Shown one piece after another: positions 1-14,115 of a stretch of 64,000 bases of DNA. The position numbers and the translations under genes are program-made. The notes beneath the pieces are model-generated. The model ran no database searches. It was not told where the DNA came from and saw nothing but the letters and a program-made list of their open reading frames with translations. Numbering within the stretch: position 1 is the first letter of the stretch; the number at the start of each line of letters is the position of its first letter. The DNA lies in the NCBI GenBank assembly GCA_020137815.1, contig CM035353.1, forward strand, positions 5,270,001 through 5,334,000, read 5' to 3'. The DNA is from Hormiphora californensis (taxonomy: Eukaryota; Animalia; Ctenophora).

Positions 1-3000
1 AAAATACCCGAGAAGTTTGTCTGTCAACAGGAAGAGGGTCAAAATTGACAACTAATCTGACCAATTTCTTATTGGCTTTTGGCCTTTTTGCACACCCCCC
101 AGACGGTTTGAGGAAGAATTGAGGGTACGAAGAAGGTTTTTAACCGCTTTGGGGGTACTGGAAAATACCCGGCAAAACTGAAAGTAATTGCATCAACATA
201 TCTCCCAATTCTTTAAAAAACTGGGCAGTGTGCAGAAACTCTCGGAAGCCAGAATTTTAGATTGACTTCAGGTCAATGTGACCCAATTCCTGTTGACAAA
301 ACAAAAATTTCGGGGGGTTTCCGTATTTGGTTGGTAGTCTTTTGGACAAACGGATGCAATCGTCCCCAGTGGGGTCGCGTTTTTAACATCCTTGAAAGGC
401 AGAAAAACCTTTTTGAGCGACACCGGGGCAATCTGGTTTTCGGCAAAAGGTTGTTGAAAGTACCAAGGGGGGGGGGGGGGGGGGGGGGTGATCTGAACCC
501 ATGGTCCATGTCCAGCGATTACCACATTGCGCGCACGGCAATGAAGCACATTGCCGCGCAGAAAACTCCTTGTTGTTGCATCGCGCCCTCCACACAATAC
601 ACCAAAACCAATCCTATGATGTAGATGTACACAGATTTCGAACTCTTTTAGCTGTACATTCTGCAATTCCTCTTCTAAATGTTATGTGTACATTTACAAG
701 AAATAACAGAGAGATTTCGGCGGAAAACCATTAGGATCAGTAATTATGCATGATGTCGAACTAATAAAAAATTACTCAATTCTCCGTCAAGTTCAACTAA
801 TGAATCAACATTGCGTATTTCAAATATTCTTTTCAGACCTTTGGCTTTAATTAGTTATTAATCTTTGTACTTTCTACACGTGCATAATTACGTATGTTAA
901 GTACAACATTTAGATAGCAATGTTCTTATCTCCATCCATTCAGAATAAATATTCATTAAACCTAGTAAAATAGTAAACCACAGTCTTGCCTTGCTCGGCA
1001 CAAAACACATATCGTCTCTGATGCCGCGGCAATTGCCGAAATCTTCCGGATAATGTAGCGGTACCATCATATCAGATTAACTAACCATATCCGATAGTTG
1101 ATCAGTCATGTGTTAACCGAACTTGCATCATATCAGATTAACTAACCATATCCGATAGTTGATCAGTCATGTGTGAACCGAACTTGCATTGCTTTCACTG
1201 TCGAACTTTATTTCCCCACGCTTTACAACTCCATCCAACCGCCACCAAAAGCAGGTAAGAAAGATTGTTAAGCCCCATGTTATCACCTTACGGGTAACCA
1301 TGGTTACATTATTAGCTGTGTGTGTGTGTGTGTGTGTGGTTGTAGTGGGATTGTCCGGAGCATCCCGGTAAATTGGGTATAAATTGAAACGACAAGTGTA
1401 GGAAGGAGTGCCAATTAACTAACCGTTGTCCAGAGTGCTAGAAAGTATGAATCCTTATCGCAGAACCGGGGGGATGACGGGTCAGTAAAATTGGGAACCA
1501 TACTGGTGAACACCCAGTAACCCCCTGAAATAGATACTATATGTTATCAGTGCTGTCGGGAAGGGTTATTATTATAATTATTAAAGTGGAGGCAAGGGAA
1601 CATATGTTTTGGGTAGCTTTATGGGGAATAATACAGACATAGAATCCTCTCGAGAGAAAAACATATATTTTTTGGGGTGGTGCTATAAATGAGAGAGTTG
1701 TCCACCCCTTACTCAACAAGAGAGCGCAGGAGAGTAGTAAATATGGATTTGTGGAACATTGTTGGAAGGTAGAGAGTGCGTCCAGCTGCTACATTACAGC
1801 ACACACCCTCAATCCTACATCATAAGACTACGGCCCAAGGGGCTATATATTCTCAACACACATAGAGGGGGATGCGGGTAAACAGAGGGGTTTTGTGGTT
1901 TAGCTTTCTATGGGTCCTTCTAGGAAATTAGAGAAGAGGGGAGAGACCTTGATTTTTTCGGTTGCGAGTTATACCAGAGGTCTCCTCGCTCTTACTCCGA
2001 CCAAAGCTAGTCGCTATATTCGAGGGCTGAGGCTGCGATGCGTCGCTCTTATCTCTAAGCATCACTCCACATACATGCGACTAAGCTCGTATCGGATTCT
2101 GCAACAAAAACGAGGTCGAGAAGGAATTGAGAGTCTTGGCAACTGGCGCTACACTGAGAAATTGGACGGACCGAAAGAAAACGCACCCTATGTCCGCAAT
2201 TTCTGTTTCTCTCGGTTCCGTGGCCATGGACTATAAGCCAAAAATAAGAAGCCGGAAGGAGCCCCAAAAAAGGGGGGATTTAGCCGGGAAAACGCCCCGT
2301 AAACCCCCAACCAAAGAATTTAGTCAAAGTAGAAAGGAGGTGTCGGAGAATTGGGGAATGGAAAGAGAGAGAAACAGATTAGAAAAAAGGAGAATGTGAG
2401 CATAGTTAAATGGCCGTGGACGAAGAGAAAGACAGAGAGACTCGCAGAAAGTCCCAGCTGACAGCCGGACAGGAGGTAAAGGAAGCACGGCCGAACTGTT
2501 CTCTAATTTTTCTCTTCTTCTCTCTTTTCAAACTCTTTCTCCTTTTCTCACCCAATCTCCAATATAATCGCAACATTTTGAAAGAAAGCCTCATCCACCA
2601 AGTGTGGGAATTTAGGGACCAACCCCGAAATCCTAATATTTCAATGGTGAAAAAATTGTGGTGTCTTTGGTAATTGGCCTATGCGGGACAGAACTCTGTC
2701 CAGTAATCATATCCTGGGTGACAATGGGTAACTTTTGGGGGGAGATTGGGCTTGTGGAGGAGATGGGAAAGCCATTGAAGTGAAATGTACGCATGATTGG
2801 GGCCTATCCCGCCGGGAAATGGGGACCTGCCCGGCAGGACCCCCGGTGGGTTTGAGGGAACATGGACTCTCGAAGATGTACAATAGAGGTATTTTTTTTT
2901 CCTTTTTTTTTTTTTCCTTTTAAAACCCCCTTTCCCTTTCCCTTTTTCCCCCCTTTTCCCCCCCCCAAAGGGCCCCAATTTTCAAATTTCCCGGGGGGGC

Positions 3001-3951
3001 TTTTGGGGGGCCCGGGGGAAAAGGTTAAAAGGGGGGAAAAAAAACCCTTCCCCAAAGGGGGGTTTCCCCCAAACCCCCCCCCTTTTTTGAAAAGGGGAAA
3101 AAATACTTTTCCGCAGGAGTAATAAGTTAATGTGTACTGTAACACTATATAGCCATATCTGTTATAGTGTTAACGTGCACGGCCGTGCAGGTCTCAGTGT
3201 CCGGGTTACTGGAAAGTGTAACAGTTCTCTAATGATGTGCAATAGAGGTTTCAGCACCTGTCACCATTCTACACTGCTGCAGCTATATGTTATGTGTTGT
3301 AGCGGAGCCGTACGGAACAATTGCAATTTTCCAGTATAGTATATCTTACTATGCATCTGTGTATAATGTACAGTGTACATTGTACACTCAGTGCAGTGTA
3401 CAATGTACATTATACAGTCACAGTACATTCCAGGCCCAGGTTCTAGTAAACGCAGTACACCCCTCACGGTGCTCCTGAAGGACGTTCAACCTCGCCCAGC
3501 CTGCCGAGCTAAACCACCGGTTGTACGACCTAGAGGGGACCTCTGGCAACCACGGAGCATCGATGGGAAAATGAGAATTGGCCTGACCCTATTCTCATTT
3601 CTTTCAAATTCTGCATGCGGAGTGCGTAGGGACCGTGGTCAGAGCATTGGCCTGACAGGTGTTCCTGCACCTGTGAAGTATCAAGTAAATGAAGAATTAC
3701 ACTATCCTGCAGCTGCCCCTACTAGAGGGCCCTCTAACTCTGTGGGGGTCACATCAATTCGAGACAATGAGTCTGTATACACACCTTCTCATCATCATCA
3801 TTGCTATTATACCACTCATGTCGAGTGAGTCTGTGAGTGTGTACTGTAGTTGCTCGAGGGCAACAAAAGATATATAATGAAGGGGGCTAGTTGGGACGCG
3901 TAGCATAGGATATAACAAAGGCGGTGGTGTGTGTACTATTGTTTGGGATGA

Positions 3952-4318
3952 CAAAAACAAACAAACAAAAAACAAACAAACAAACAAACAAACAAACAAA
4001 CAAACAAACAAACAAACAAACAAACAAACAAACAAACAAACAAACAAACAAACAAACAAACAAACAAACAAACAAACAAACAAACAAACAAAGAAACAAA
4101 CAAACAAACAAACAAACAAACAAACAAACAAACAAACAAACAAACAAACAAACAAAAAACAAAAAACAAAAAACAAAAAGCAAAAAACAAACAAACAAAC
4201 AAACAAACAAAAAACAAAAAACAAACAAACAAACAAACAAACAAACAAACAAACAAACAAACAAACAAACAAACAAACAAACAAACAAACAAACAAACAA
4301 ACAAACAAACAAACAAAA
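3952..4318. repeat. (CAAA)n microsatellite abutting a splice donor
   Basis: Direct reading; explains the spurious FVCL/KQTN ORFs. Confidence 0.97.
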
Positions 4319-4323
4319 CTTAC

Positions 4324-5635
4324 CTGCAACAGACCAGGCAAAGTTGATGGTAAGTGTACTAAAATTCAGCGTCAAGTTATACCAACGCCGTTCAAGGGCC
4401 AGAGAAACTGAAACAGAGTTGGTGAGCAATGAGCATAGCAATGAATATTCAATATTTATACTCTCTCGCTGTCTCTTTTATACCTCTCTCTCTCTCTCTC
4501 TCCCTCACTATTTTTGTCTGGTAGTATCATTCAAAAGTAAATTTGTCTCACTTTGTATCCCTCGAGGGACTGTAAATAACACAAGTCCGTAAAAAAACAT
4601 TTCATAATATTTTAGAATTTTCTAGAACAACCCCCTCACCCGCGGGATGTAGGTGAAATGGAAAATTGTTCACGTGTGTAACCGCTAATTATTTGCTTTT
4701 TAAACAAACTAAAACTTACATCTTTTATTGATACGCCGCTGAATCGCAATACCCAGGAATGATGTGGCAACCACTGTAATACCAGCTCCCAAAAGATACA
4801 CTGTGATTCCAGGAGCAACCCGACACGCTGTCAAGTTCCCCGCACCTACGTTATAGGTAGTATTATATAGGGGAACAACTGGTTAGGGAAGAGGTCGGTA
4901 CCTGTATTATATAGGGGAGCAGGAACAACTGGTTAGGGAAGAGCTCGGTACTTAGATAATCAGATAATTTGGGGGTTGAGAGTGGTGTATTATAATGGGG
5001 GTCGGGGTTGAGGGATAATCTTGTGTAGCTCAAACACCGCATTTTATATTTCATAAAGTGTGCTCTGCGGAGGGTTCGGTAAAGCAATGGTAATCGGGGA
5101 CAATTGGAACTATAATTATAGCTATAGTCTAACAGACTACATCGATCTAAATTGTTTTTACATATTATGTTGTATCCCCTTTACTCCAAGCGGACAGTGG
5201 TTGCCATAGCAATACTGATGTCCTTATAAAAATACAAATGAAACTATCAATCTGTTATAATGGATGGAAATCTGCTACATCTTTTGAAATACGGAGTGGG
5301 CCGGGATATAAACAGGTCTTTTTCTACATTGTATTTCCTTCTCATTGCAGATCGATATACTATTATAGATACACTTTGGAGCATCCTGCGGTATCGTATA
5401 CATTGTATAATTGTTGGTGATGTATACTATAATACATCTGTTTCACCAACAATGCATCTTTTAGGTACCTTTACTCCTCCACTACACGACCGTTAAAAGG
5501 GCTGTTAAGTCGAAGTCCGAATGTATTTACATTTCAAGCAATATACGCACCCAGAATTATCATAGCAATGGCTAGCATGTTGATGCATAGTAGGGAGATT
5601 GCTGTTCCAATCAGTAAACTTCCCTCACGTGCCAT
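4324..5635 (-). CDS. TMEM272-like multi-pass membrane protein, first three coding exons (5551-5635, 4720-4845, 4324-4407); 3' exons unresolved (candidates ~776-838 and ~520-660)
   Basis: Three phase-compatible GT-AG exons splice to MAREGSLLIGTAISLLCINMLAIAMIILG|AGNLTACRVAPGITVYLLGAGITVVATSFLGIAIQRRINKR|FSLALERRWYNLTLNFSTLTINFAWSVA(G). The pattern IAMI.LG..L..C...P.I.VYL..AG...F.W..AG resembles the TMEM272 family (from recall, not searched). The gene is not in the ORF track. Confidence 0.6.
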
Positions 5636-5915
5636 TCTCTGCAGCCTAAAACGCAGAGATTTGTTGAAAGTTACTTTACATAAAGAAGAATTTTAGGAGG
5701 TTTACAAACAATTCAAATGAAAACAAAATATCACTCTGTACACGTCTAAGGACTCCACAAGGGGTACCATCAATTAAAGAGTCCTAAAAGTTTTAAATTT
5801 ACGGTTTCCACTCCTTTAAAGAATATAAAAACTTCATTTACATACAATGTATCATACATAATGGGGCGACGAAAGATCATATATAAATGGTAAATGCAGT
5901 TATTGGTTAATTCCT

Positions 5916-6890
5916 TAATAATAATAATAATAATATGTCTATTTATATGCCGCCCTTACCTCACAGGGCCAGGGTAGTAGAACTGACACTGACACTGAGA
6001 GGCGATCTGAGCGGTTACTTAAAGACGTATATCAAAAAATGGTAGGCCCAAAACACTGAATTAAACTGAATTAAACACTCTCGGCTCACATAACTGTCCA
6101 GATGAGATAACAGACTGATATAGATTGAAAAACGTCCACATTAGATGGTAGAAAAGTCTGTAAATATAACTTCCACTCGTGCTTCACTCGAAAAAAATGC
6201 TGTAAAACGCCAATAAAAACCTTACCACGAGCGGTAAAACAGAACCAAAAGAAAATAAATACAAGCTAGGCGAAATACCTGATGAAAGCAGGAGAAACAA
6301 GGAACCTCATCCTCAGTTGGCCCCGAATGCTTCCACAAACAATCTTGTCTTTAACCTCGACTTGAACAGATCCACTGACTCAACTGATCGAAGCTCCAGG
6401 GGGAGCTCATTCCACACTTCAGGTAGGAAAACAGACGGTCTCCTCCTTCTCAACTTGGAGTTGGCATTAATACTAGAAAGCTTAGGGTACTTAAGCTTGT
6501 AGTGATCAGGCGTTGCAGTTCCACGAGTGGTTCGAACAGCCTCCAAGTCTTCAACTGGTACTTGGTCACAGAGATAATCCGGGGCTAGATTATGAACAAT
6601 TTTAAACGCCATCAAACATGCCTTGAACTCCACACGCTGCTCCATAGGAAGGATATGGGTGTCCTTAAGATACTGAGAATAGTCATCTTGGTGTCCATGA
6701 AGGTTATAGATGAACCTCACACACGAGTTCAATGTCCTCTGAAGGCTTTCAAGAAGCTTCTTTGGCAATCCAGCGTATAAGATGTTGCAATAGTCAAGCC
6801 GAGAAACAATCAGTTGCTTGACCAGGAGGATTTTAGTAGGAATATCCAGGCTGCGATTCACCTGCCACAGGTTCTTCAAGAGCACTTCAT
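5916..6890 (-). mobile_element. 5'-truncated L2/CR1-group LINE: ORF2 C-terminus, 3' UTR and (TAT)n tail
   Basis: ORF 6313-6885 carries SRLDYCN.LYAGLP, FKACLMAFK and WNELPLELR...FKSRLKTRLF, typical of the post-RT region. On the minus strand the element ends ...GTAAGGGCGGCATATAAATAGACA(TAT)n at ~5916-5960. Confidence 0.85.
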
Positions 6891-8022
6891 GACACTATAT
6901 AATATAATAGTGCACCTTGCTACATATAATCTTGTAGGAAGACAGCACAAAACTATGGATATAAATATGCTGTGAAAGTATTGTGTTGAGGCCCTGCACC
7001 GGAGTACCATGAACCGTTCACATAGGATTACTGTACATAGCGAACAACAAGAAGACGAAGAATCTTAGACTAGACAGGCAGAAAGAGAAAAAGAGAAAGA
7101 GATCGTATGAATGTCTACAGTGAATTACAGACTACACGAGTTCCCTCATTTCCAATTTCAATCGTGAATCTACATAAATCGCATGCAGTAAAATTAACGC
7201 TAATTTGATGGTTGCCATGGCAACTGAAGCGGTAACTATTATAGGAAGAGAATTGTTAAAATTTATTCAAAAATATTCACAAACTTACAGAATAGTGAAA
7301 ATCAGCACTACTCGTTTGGTCGCATGAATCTTTTATGAAGAAGCACAATTGCTTAGTTACCAACGCACTGAATTATTTAACTAATAATTCACGACTACGG
7401 CATCCATTTCAAAATTACACTATGAATACACCAACTTATATTTCACTCCCTATATGACTGTAGTAGTGGCTGAAGGGCGTTATATATACCGAAGAGCTGC
7501 TGCACAGATCACTACTCTTACAAATCAATTATCGGCATCAGGGAAATGTCAGCACTCCATGTTGTGTGTCAAGTTACACCAGGGTGTCTGCAATGATATG
7601 TGTGATTGCGGGTACACTTGATACAGCTGTTAGTGTGCAGACACAGAACCTGATCAAAATATGAGTTTATACTGCGTGTGTGACGATTATTATGTATAAT
7701 TATTAAAGATCAAGTCAAAAGACCAACTGGGAAGATTCAACAATTGTGTAGCTCACACTGCAAGTGTATTTTATATTTTACTATGCTATGATGGTTCGGA
7801 AAATCACGATTCAACTAGAGAAAAAGTATATGGTGTATGTGCACTAGAGCTATTATAGTAGAATAAAGAGGGGAGCTAATATTGGATTTGAGCTGATGCG
7901 ATTGACGTCACAGGCATATGCCTTGAGAGCACCATCGCACAAGGATAGAAAGAGAAATTGTAGTCTATATATAAAATAGAATCCACTTAAAGACCCGGTG
8001 CATATAGGCAATAGGTCTTTAA

Positions 8023-9325
8023 GGGTACACCTGGCGTTTTTCATCATCGAGTGCCCAACCAAATGACTTCACCAGGGTTTAGGTCATACAAAATGGTCCT
8101 CAAATATGCAATTTTAGCCCTAAAGTCGAATTCATATTTTTGGTACAGCCTATTTTCAAAGTGGCGTTTTTTCAATTTTTGTCGGAATTTTTAACCTCAG
8201 GACCACTTTTTTTGAGATAGAAACATTAAATTCTTGGAATTTGAAGAGAATATAAAGGTGAATAAGCCCAAAGAAGGATTTTTGAAATGGAGCTTATTTC
8301 TGGCCATGAGAACGGTTTACTTTTTTGCTTCTTTGACACGCTGGCTGAGAATGTTCCCATGCTTCATTAGAGATGAAAATCTGGAAATAGTTGCTCAAAA
8401 CGATTATCTATGTGGCCTAAAAATTTTGGAACTTTCCCGCCAAAGTTGTGGTGTACAGAGCTTGTTTTGTGAAACCCGTCTTTTTGAAAAAGAGGGAAAT
8501 TCCCTGTATCTCAAAAACGGATGATCGTAGAGACCTGCGACTAAGCTTAATCGATTCAGAAGGTCCGATTTTGGGGGGGTCTTCTGATAGACATTTTGCT
8601 CCTACTCCAACCGTTTTTGCTGTAATTGCGAAAAAGGTATGAGCAAGTAAGGGGGAAATCAGCCCGAAGCAGGCTACTGGAATAGAGTTGTTCCCCCTTT
8701 TTATAGAATTGGTTTTTTGCAATTACAGCAAAAACGGTTGGAGTAGGAGCAAAAAGTCTATGAGAAGACCCCCCCAAAATCGGACCTGCTGAATCGATTA
8801 AGCTTGGTCGCAGGTCTCTACGATCATCCGTTTTTGAGATACAGGGAATTTCCCTCTTTTTCAAAAAGACGGGTTTCACAAAACAAGCTCTGTACACCAC
8901 AACTTTGGCGGGAAAGTTCCAAAATTTTTAGGCCACATAGATAATCGTTTTGAGCAACTATTTCCAGATTTTCATCTCTAATGAAGCATGGGAACATTCT
9001 CAGCCAGCGTGTCAAAGAAGCAAAAAAGTAAACCGTTCTCATGGCCAGAAATAAGCTCCATTTCAAAAATCCTTCTTTGGGCTTATTCACCTTTATATTC
9101 TCTTCAAATTCCAAGAATTTAATGTTTCTATCTCAAAAAAAGTGGTCCTGAGGTTAAAAATTCCGACAAAAATTGAAAAAACGCCACTTTGAAAATAGGC
9201 TGTACCAAAAATATGAATTCGACTTTAGGGCTAAAATTGCATATTTGAGGTCCATTTTGTATGACCTAAACCCTGGTGAAGTCATTTGGTTGGGCACTCG
9301 ATGATGAAAAACGCCAGGTGTACCC
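8023..9325. mobile_element. 1303-bp palindromic non-autonomous DNA transposon, Kolobok-like (copy 1)
   Basis: TTAA|GGGTACACCTGG...CCAGGTGTACCC|TTAA, with ~610-bp near-perfect inverted arms around a short spacer. A TTAA TSD with RR...YY termini fits Kolobok rather than piggyBac (CC...GG). Confidence 0.85.
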
Positions 9326-9870
9326 TTAAGTGGTATATAGCAAATGTAAAGGAGAGTTAGAACATAACAAATATAGGCTGTGATTAGAGCATACTGCCTT
9401 TGATTGTGCTATAATATTCCGCCATTACTCATTAATTCTCAATGTGAATTAGGAAATATGAAAACCTCCACAGTTACAATGACAGTGCTGCAGTGGTAAC
9501 TAAGTAACTAGACTCCATCCAATCGGACGGTAAATTAAACTGCGATGCTCTGGAGAAGTGGCCTCACTGCAGTGGCTCGATTCTAAATTCTTCTGAGCGA
9601 GCGAGAACGGTGATCAGATCATTGGAGTTTGGACTAACAGCACATGCTCCTCTTGTGGTACCAGGAGGAAATGACAGGAAGACTCGGTGCAGTACCCCGG
9701 GGTAAACCAGTCGGCTCCAATGGAATGCTATCGAAATTGGTTCTACTAACTACATGTCTGCCGTGGGGATTAATTAGATTAATGGCGACGAGTCGATTTA
9801 AATTGGGCCGGCTGAAGTGTTTCAAAACTTCAGTATGGAGTATTTTTGCCATTTTTGTTTGGCAAGTTTT

Positions 9871-10038
9871 TGGCCGATTTGAGTAAACTAAACGGTATCT
9901 GATAGAGAATCGATAGCCCTAACCGATAACCCCAAACAAAACCCTAACCCGACCCTAACAAAAGTCCTAACCCGTCTTGACCGCCAAAATCGATGAATTG
10001 TTAGCAATGGAAGGCACCCAGATTTTAACGTTTTCCTC
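9871..10038. repeat. Dispersed repeat with degenerate CCCTAA units; inverted copy at ~28459-28625
   Basis: TGGCCGATTTGAGTAAACTAAACGGTATC...GCACCCAGATTTTAACG is the reverse complement of the 28459-28625 segment. Confidence 0.75.
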
Positions 10039-10843
10039 GGTGTGTCCGCTGAAAAGTTTGAAATTAAATTTTTTATTGTTGTTGACTGCCCTTACGCGCC
10101 GCGCATACAACCTATACGGCGTTAAAATAGTTTTATTGCGCGTTCCATAAAACTTCCAAGTGATGACCGCGCACTTTTGCGTGTGAACAACTGTGTACTT
10201 TCACCAATAGTTTGTCGCGCGCCGATCGCGCGTGATGTCGAAACTTCTCAGACGCGACCACTCTCTTCTCTCCACCCGATGACAAGGGCGAAGACTCACA
10301 CCTACAGTGTATCACGACGTGCCTGTTGCTGGATATACCTACACATGTGTACTTCTGTATTTCCACTCCCGTTTTCATTCGAAACATTAATATTCAAAAT
10401 ATAAAAGCGAGCCAGAAAACCAAATTTCTGTCTGTCTGGCGGCGGCCGGCGCCGACCCGATATGCAGAGTGCAGAGAATCAAAATGGGGTCTGGCGGCGC
10501 CTTATAGGCAAATTTAAACGCATTTTATTATGGTTATATAAGGTAAGTTTTTGTCCTCTTATACACAGCATAATGACTTTTTAAAGGACAGTAAAAACAT
10601 AAATTCTCTCTCAATATTCTCTCCCATTTCGTATGTAAATTGTAACACTTTATGTATAGAATTTAACTATTTTATATCCACTTTTGATAGAGTGTTACTC
10701 TCTCTCAGAACCAGAATCATATATAGTTTTGAGCCATTATTAATATCTGTCATGTAGTAGCAGTTAAGACTAAATTACATACCCCAGTGTCTCTCTCTAT
10801 GACATGTTCCCACTCTATAACAACAGACTGCGTATAGAATGGC

Positions 10844-10985
<142 letters not shown>

Positions 10986-11730
10986 CTCCAACTAAATTTC
11001 ACACTTAATTCAGCAGTTATATTAAACAAGCCTCGTCCATGTGATCCCACGTTCATCTCTGTAATTTGGTGAACGAACTACATTACTGCATACCATCACC
11101 GCAATTACAACACTACTTAGTGTCAGTTTATAAAAACGAGATTATACCGCCAACCAGATCATGTGGAAAACAGTTGAACTTTTCCCCACCCGGATACCTT
11201 TTGCAAAAGGCACAGGGCTTTAGAAATCTGTAACCGATATATAGTGCACTATATTGAGAATCTGTAGGTTAACGCTTTTCTCTAGGGTAATGTTTTTCTG
11301 GTTGCTAATATAACATTCAGTGCGGACGAGCCGTGCACGATTGGAAATAACCCTACACAGCTACATCGTATCATGCATCTCACATTACATTACAGCCACG
11401 AAGCACTGATAGATCGTGATCCTGTTGACAAATGTAGAGGGCGGGGGGAGGAAACAGTGCATTATGAATACATAATGCACTAATTCTTGTAATAGATTCT
11501 TTGTTTTGTGATATCTATAATATTCTTGACCGATTTGGGTGAGACGTATTATACAGGACGTCAAACAAACATAGCTCCATCACAGCGACGTACTGAACCC
11601 TAATCGCACACACACACACACATACGAGCTCCCAACAATATATAGAGGTGCCCTATATATAATATATAATATATATATCGTATATATCTTGTATCGTATA
11701 TATTATATATCGTAACATAACAAAACACTA

Positions 11731-14012
11731 TCACACTAACCCAGCTGACTTTAAGTTATTTTCAAGAAATATCTCAGTCACGGCATCAAACACAAATTTA
11801 ATATTTTCAGTGTCCGTTGCGTTTGTGAAGTGTGGGAATATTGCCTTGGCTTCGTTCTCATTAAGACTTGTTATCCGCGTTTCTATGTATTCCATACACT
11901 CTTTTAGGTTATTAGAACCTGCAGCAGGGGGGAGATGTGGGATTAGGTTATTAGAACCTGCAGCAGGGGGGAGATGTGGGATTAGGTTATTAGAACCTGC
12001 AGCAGGGGGGGGGGGTGTGTGATTGGGTTATTAGAACCTGCAGCAGGGGGGAGATGTGGGATTAGGTTATTAGAACCTGCAGCAGGGGGAGATGTGGGAT
12101 TGGGTTGTTAGAACCTGCAGCAGGGGGGATGTGGGATTGGGTTGTTAGAACCTGCAGCAGGGGGGAGATGTGGGATTGAGAAATGGGTTATTAGAACCTG
12201 CAGCAGGGGGGAGATGTGGGATTGGGTTATTAGAACCTGCAGCAGGGGGAGATGTGGGATTGGGTTGTTAGAACCTGCAGCAGGGGGAGATGTGGGATTG
12301 GGTTATTAGAACCTGCAGCAGGGGGGAGATGTGGGATTAGGTTATTAGAACCTGCAGCAGGGGGGAGATGTGGGATTAGGTTATTAGAACCTGCAGCAGG
12401 GGGAGATGTGGGATTGAGAAATGGGGGAAGTTACATGAAAACCTCGAGGGTGTATTATAAATTGGTTTGTTGGTTGTCATATTGCTGACAAAGGGGAACC
12501 TTCAACTAATGCCCAGATTTGACAGTTAGTAGGAAATATAGGGGAGGGGGATGGGACATCCTGAATATATTTTAGTGTTATTTGAAGGGGGCAACAATAT
12601 TTGATTCCCCAGAATCATAAATAATTGTAGTTTACTGTGATTTATGGGGATTGTGGGGATTGTGTCCTCAGGAGAACTCGACAGGGCAATGAAATTTCCC
12701 TGGAGTACTGTACAAATACAAACACGATCAGAACTGTTAAAGGTTGACAAGATACCTAAAACTTTTCGTATATCGTCTTATTTTGATTTATCATTAATTT
12801 TCAGCATTTTTTCAGAATTTTTTGTCGGCTAGAAATATGTGCAAAATAGGGGGTCTACTGACAAATGAGTGTGCCTTTTTTTAAATTGATATCGTAATAT
12901 CTCCGGTTCCTGATGAGATACAGAAACCGTTTTGGTAGCGTTGGAAAGGTCTTATTGAGACCAATCCAACGCAACCAAGATCAAGTCTTTATCTTTTGAG
13001 GAACCGGAAACGTGAATTTCAATTTGCGAGACGCAGTGAGTGTGCCCAGTAAAACCAGTGCTGACAATATCGGTAGACCCCCTATTTCGAATTTTTTTCT
13101 AGCCGACAAAAAATTCTGAAAAAATGCTGAAAATTAATGATAAATCAAAATAAGACGATATACGAAAAGTTTTAGGTATCTTGTCAACCTTTAAAACACT
13201 TGTGTTTGTAATTGTAGTTTATTTGTTTTCTGGGGGCCACGAAGAATGGGCCATATTCTTCGTGGCCCCCAGACAAAAACTACCTCCCTTTATTGTAATA
13301 CTGGGGGGGGGGGGGTCCAGCCCTAAAAAAAGCTAAGCCATCGGCCAAAATCAGGGTACCTTTAGCCTTTTTTAGGGATGGACCCCCCCAATACTAAAAG
13401 CTGACAAAAATAACTAGGTGGCTGACCGGTGCCCGCCCTCCCCCTACGTATCTAATATCATATGGTGAGGTAAAATTTCATATACGAACCTTTGTATTCG
13501 GGAAACGCCACTGTAATTGGGACATGTTGGATCTTTCTCTCAAAGATGTCTGTCTTGTTAAGAAATAGGATGAGACTGGTATCTTTGAAATACGTCAAGT
13601 TACATATTGTCGAGAACAACTTCGTTGATTCCACCATCCGATTCTGAAAAATATATATTTCCGTAAGCAAGAAGGACGTGTCCCTTTTTATAGAACATGT
13701 GTCTCTGTAATCGATATCTTCTACTCATGATCCCATTCATAATTGGGACTAATTGGTGACTAATTAGTGATTAATTGGTGACTAATTGGAACTGCAACTT
13801 ACCGTCTCGTTATCCTCGGCAAGTTTGAGATTGTACTCGCTGAGGGCTATGACAAATATGATGGCTGTGACGTCATCAAAGCAGTGGATCCATTTACTCC
13901 GTTGTGTTCTTTGTCCACCGACATCATACATCCTGTGGGGCAGGGAGATAGTGAAAGAGAGGCAGAGAGATAGTGAGAGAGGGGCAGAGAGATAGTGAGA
14001 GAGAGAGAGAGG

Positions 14013-14046
<34 letters not shown>

Positions 14047-14083
14047 CAGAGAGATAGTGAAAGAGGGGCAGAGAGAGAGGGGC

Positions 14084-14115
<32 letters not shown>

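Noticed and set aside
1900-2700. Several 60-110-aa ORFs
   Set aside because: No recognisable motifs or consistent exon chain; possibly a decayed repeat.
2890-3112. Stretch made almost entirely of homopolymer runs
   Set aside because: It looks like degraded base-calling after a poly-T tract and is treated as a likely artefact; 1-490 beside the poly-G may be affected too.
3754-4592. Long FVCL/KQTN ORFs; likewise the ERER/LSLS ORFs elsewhere
   Set aside because: These are translations of microsatellites.
8234-9114. 96-aa ORF 'MEFEENIK...' occurring four times (also at 58425 and 59015)
   Set aside because: It lies in the arms of a palindromic non-autonomous transposon, starts at TTG and has no domain; the repetition reflects the inverted repeat.
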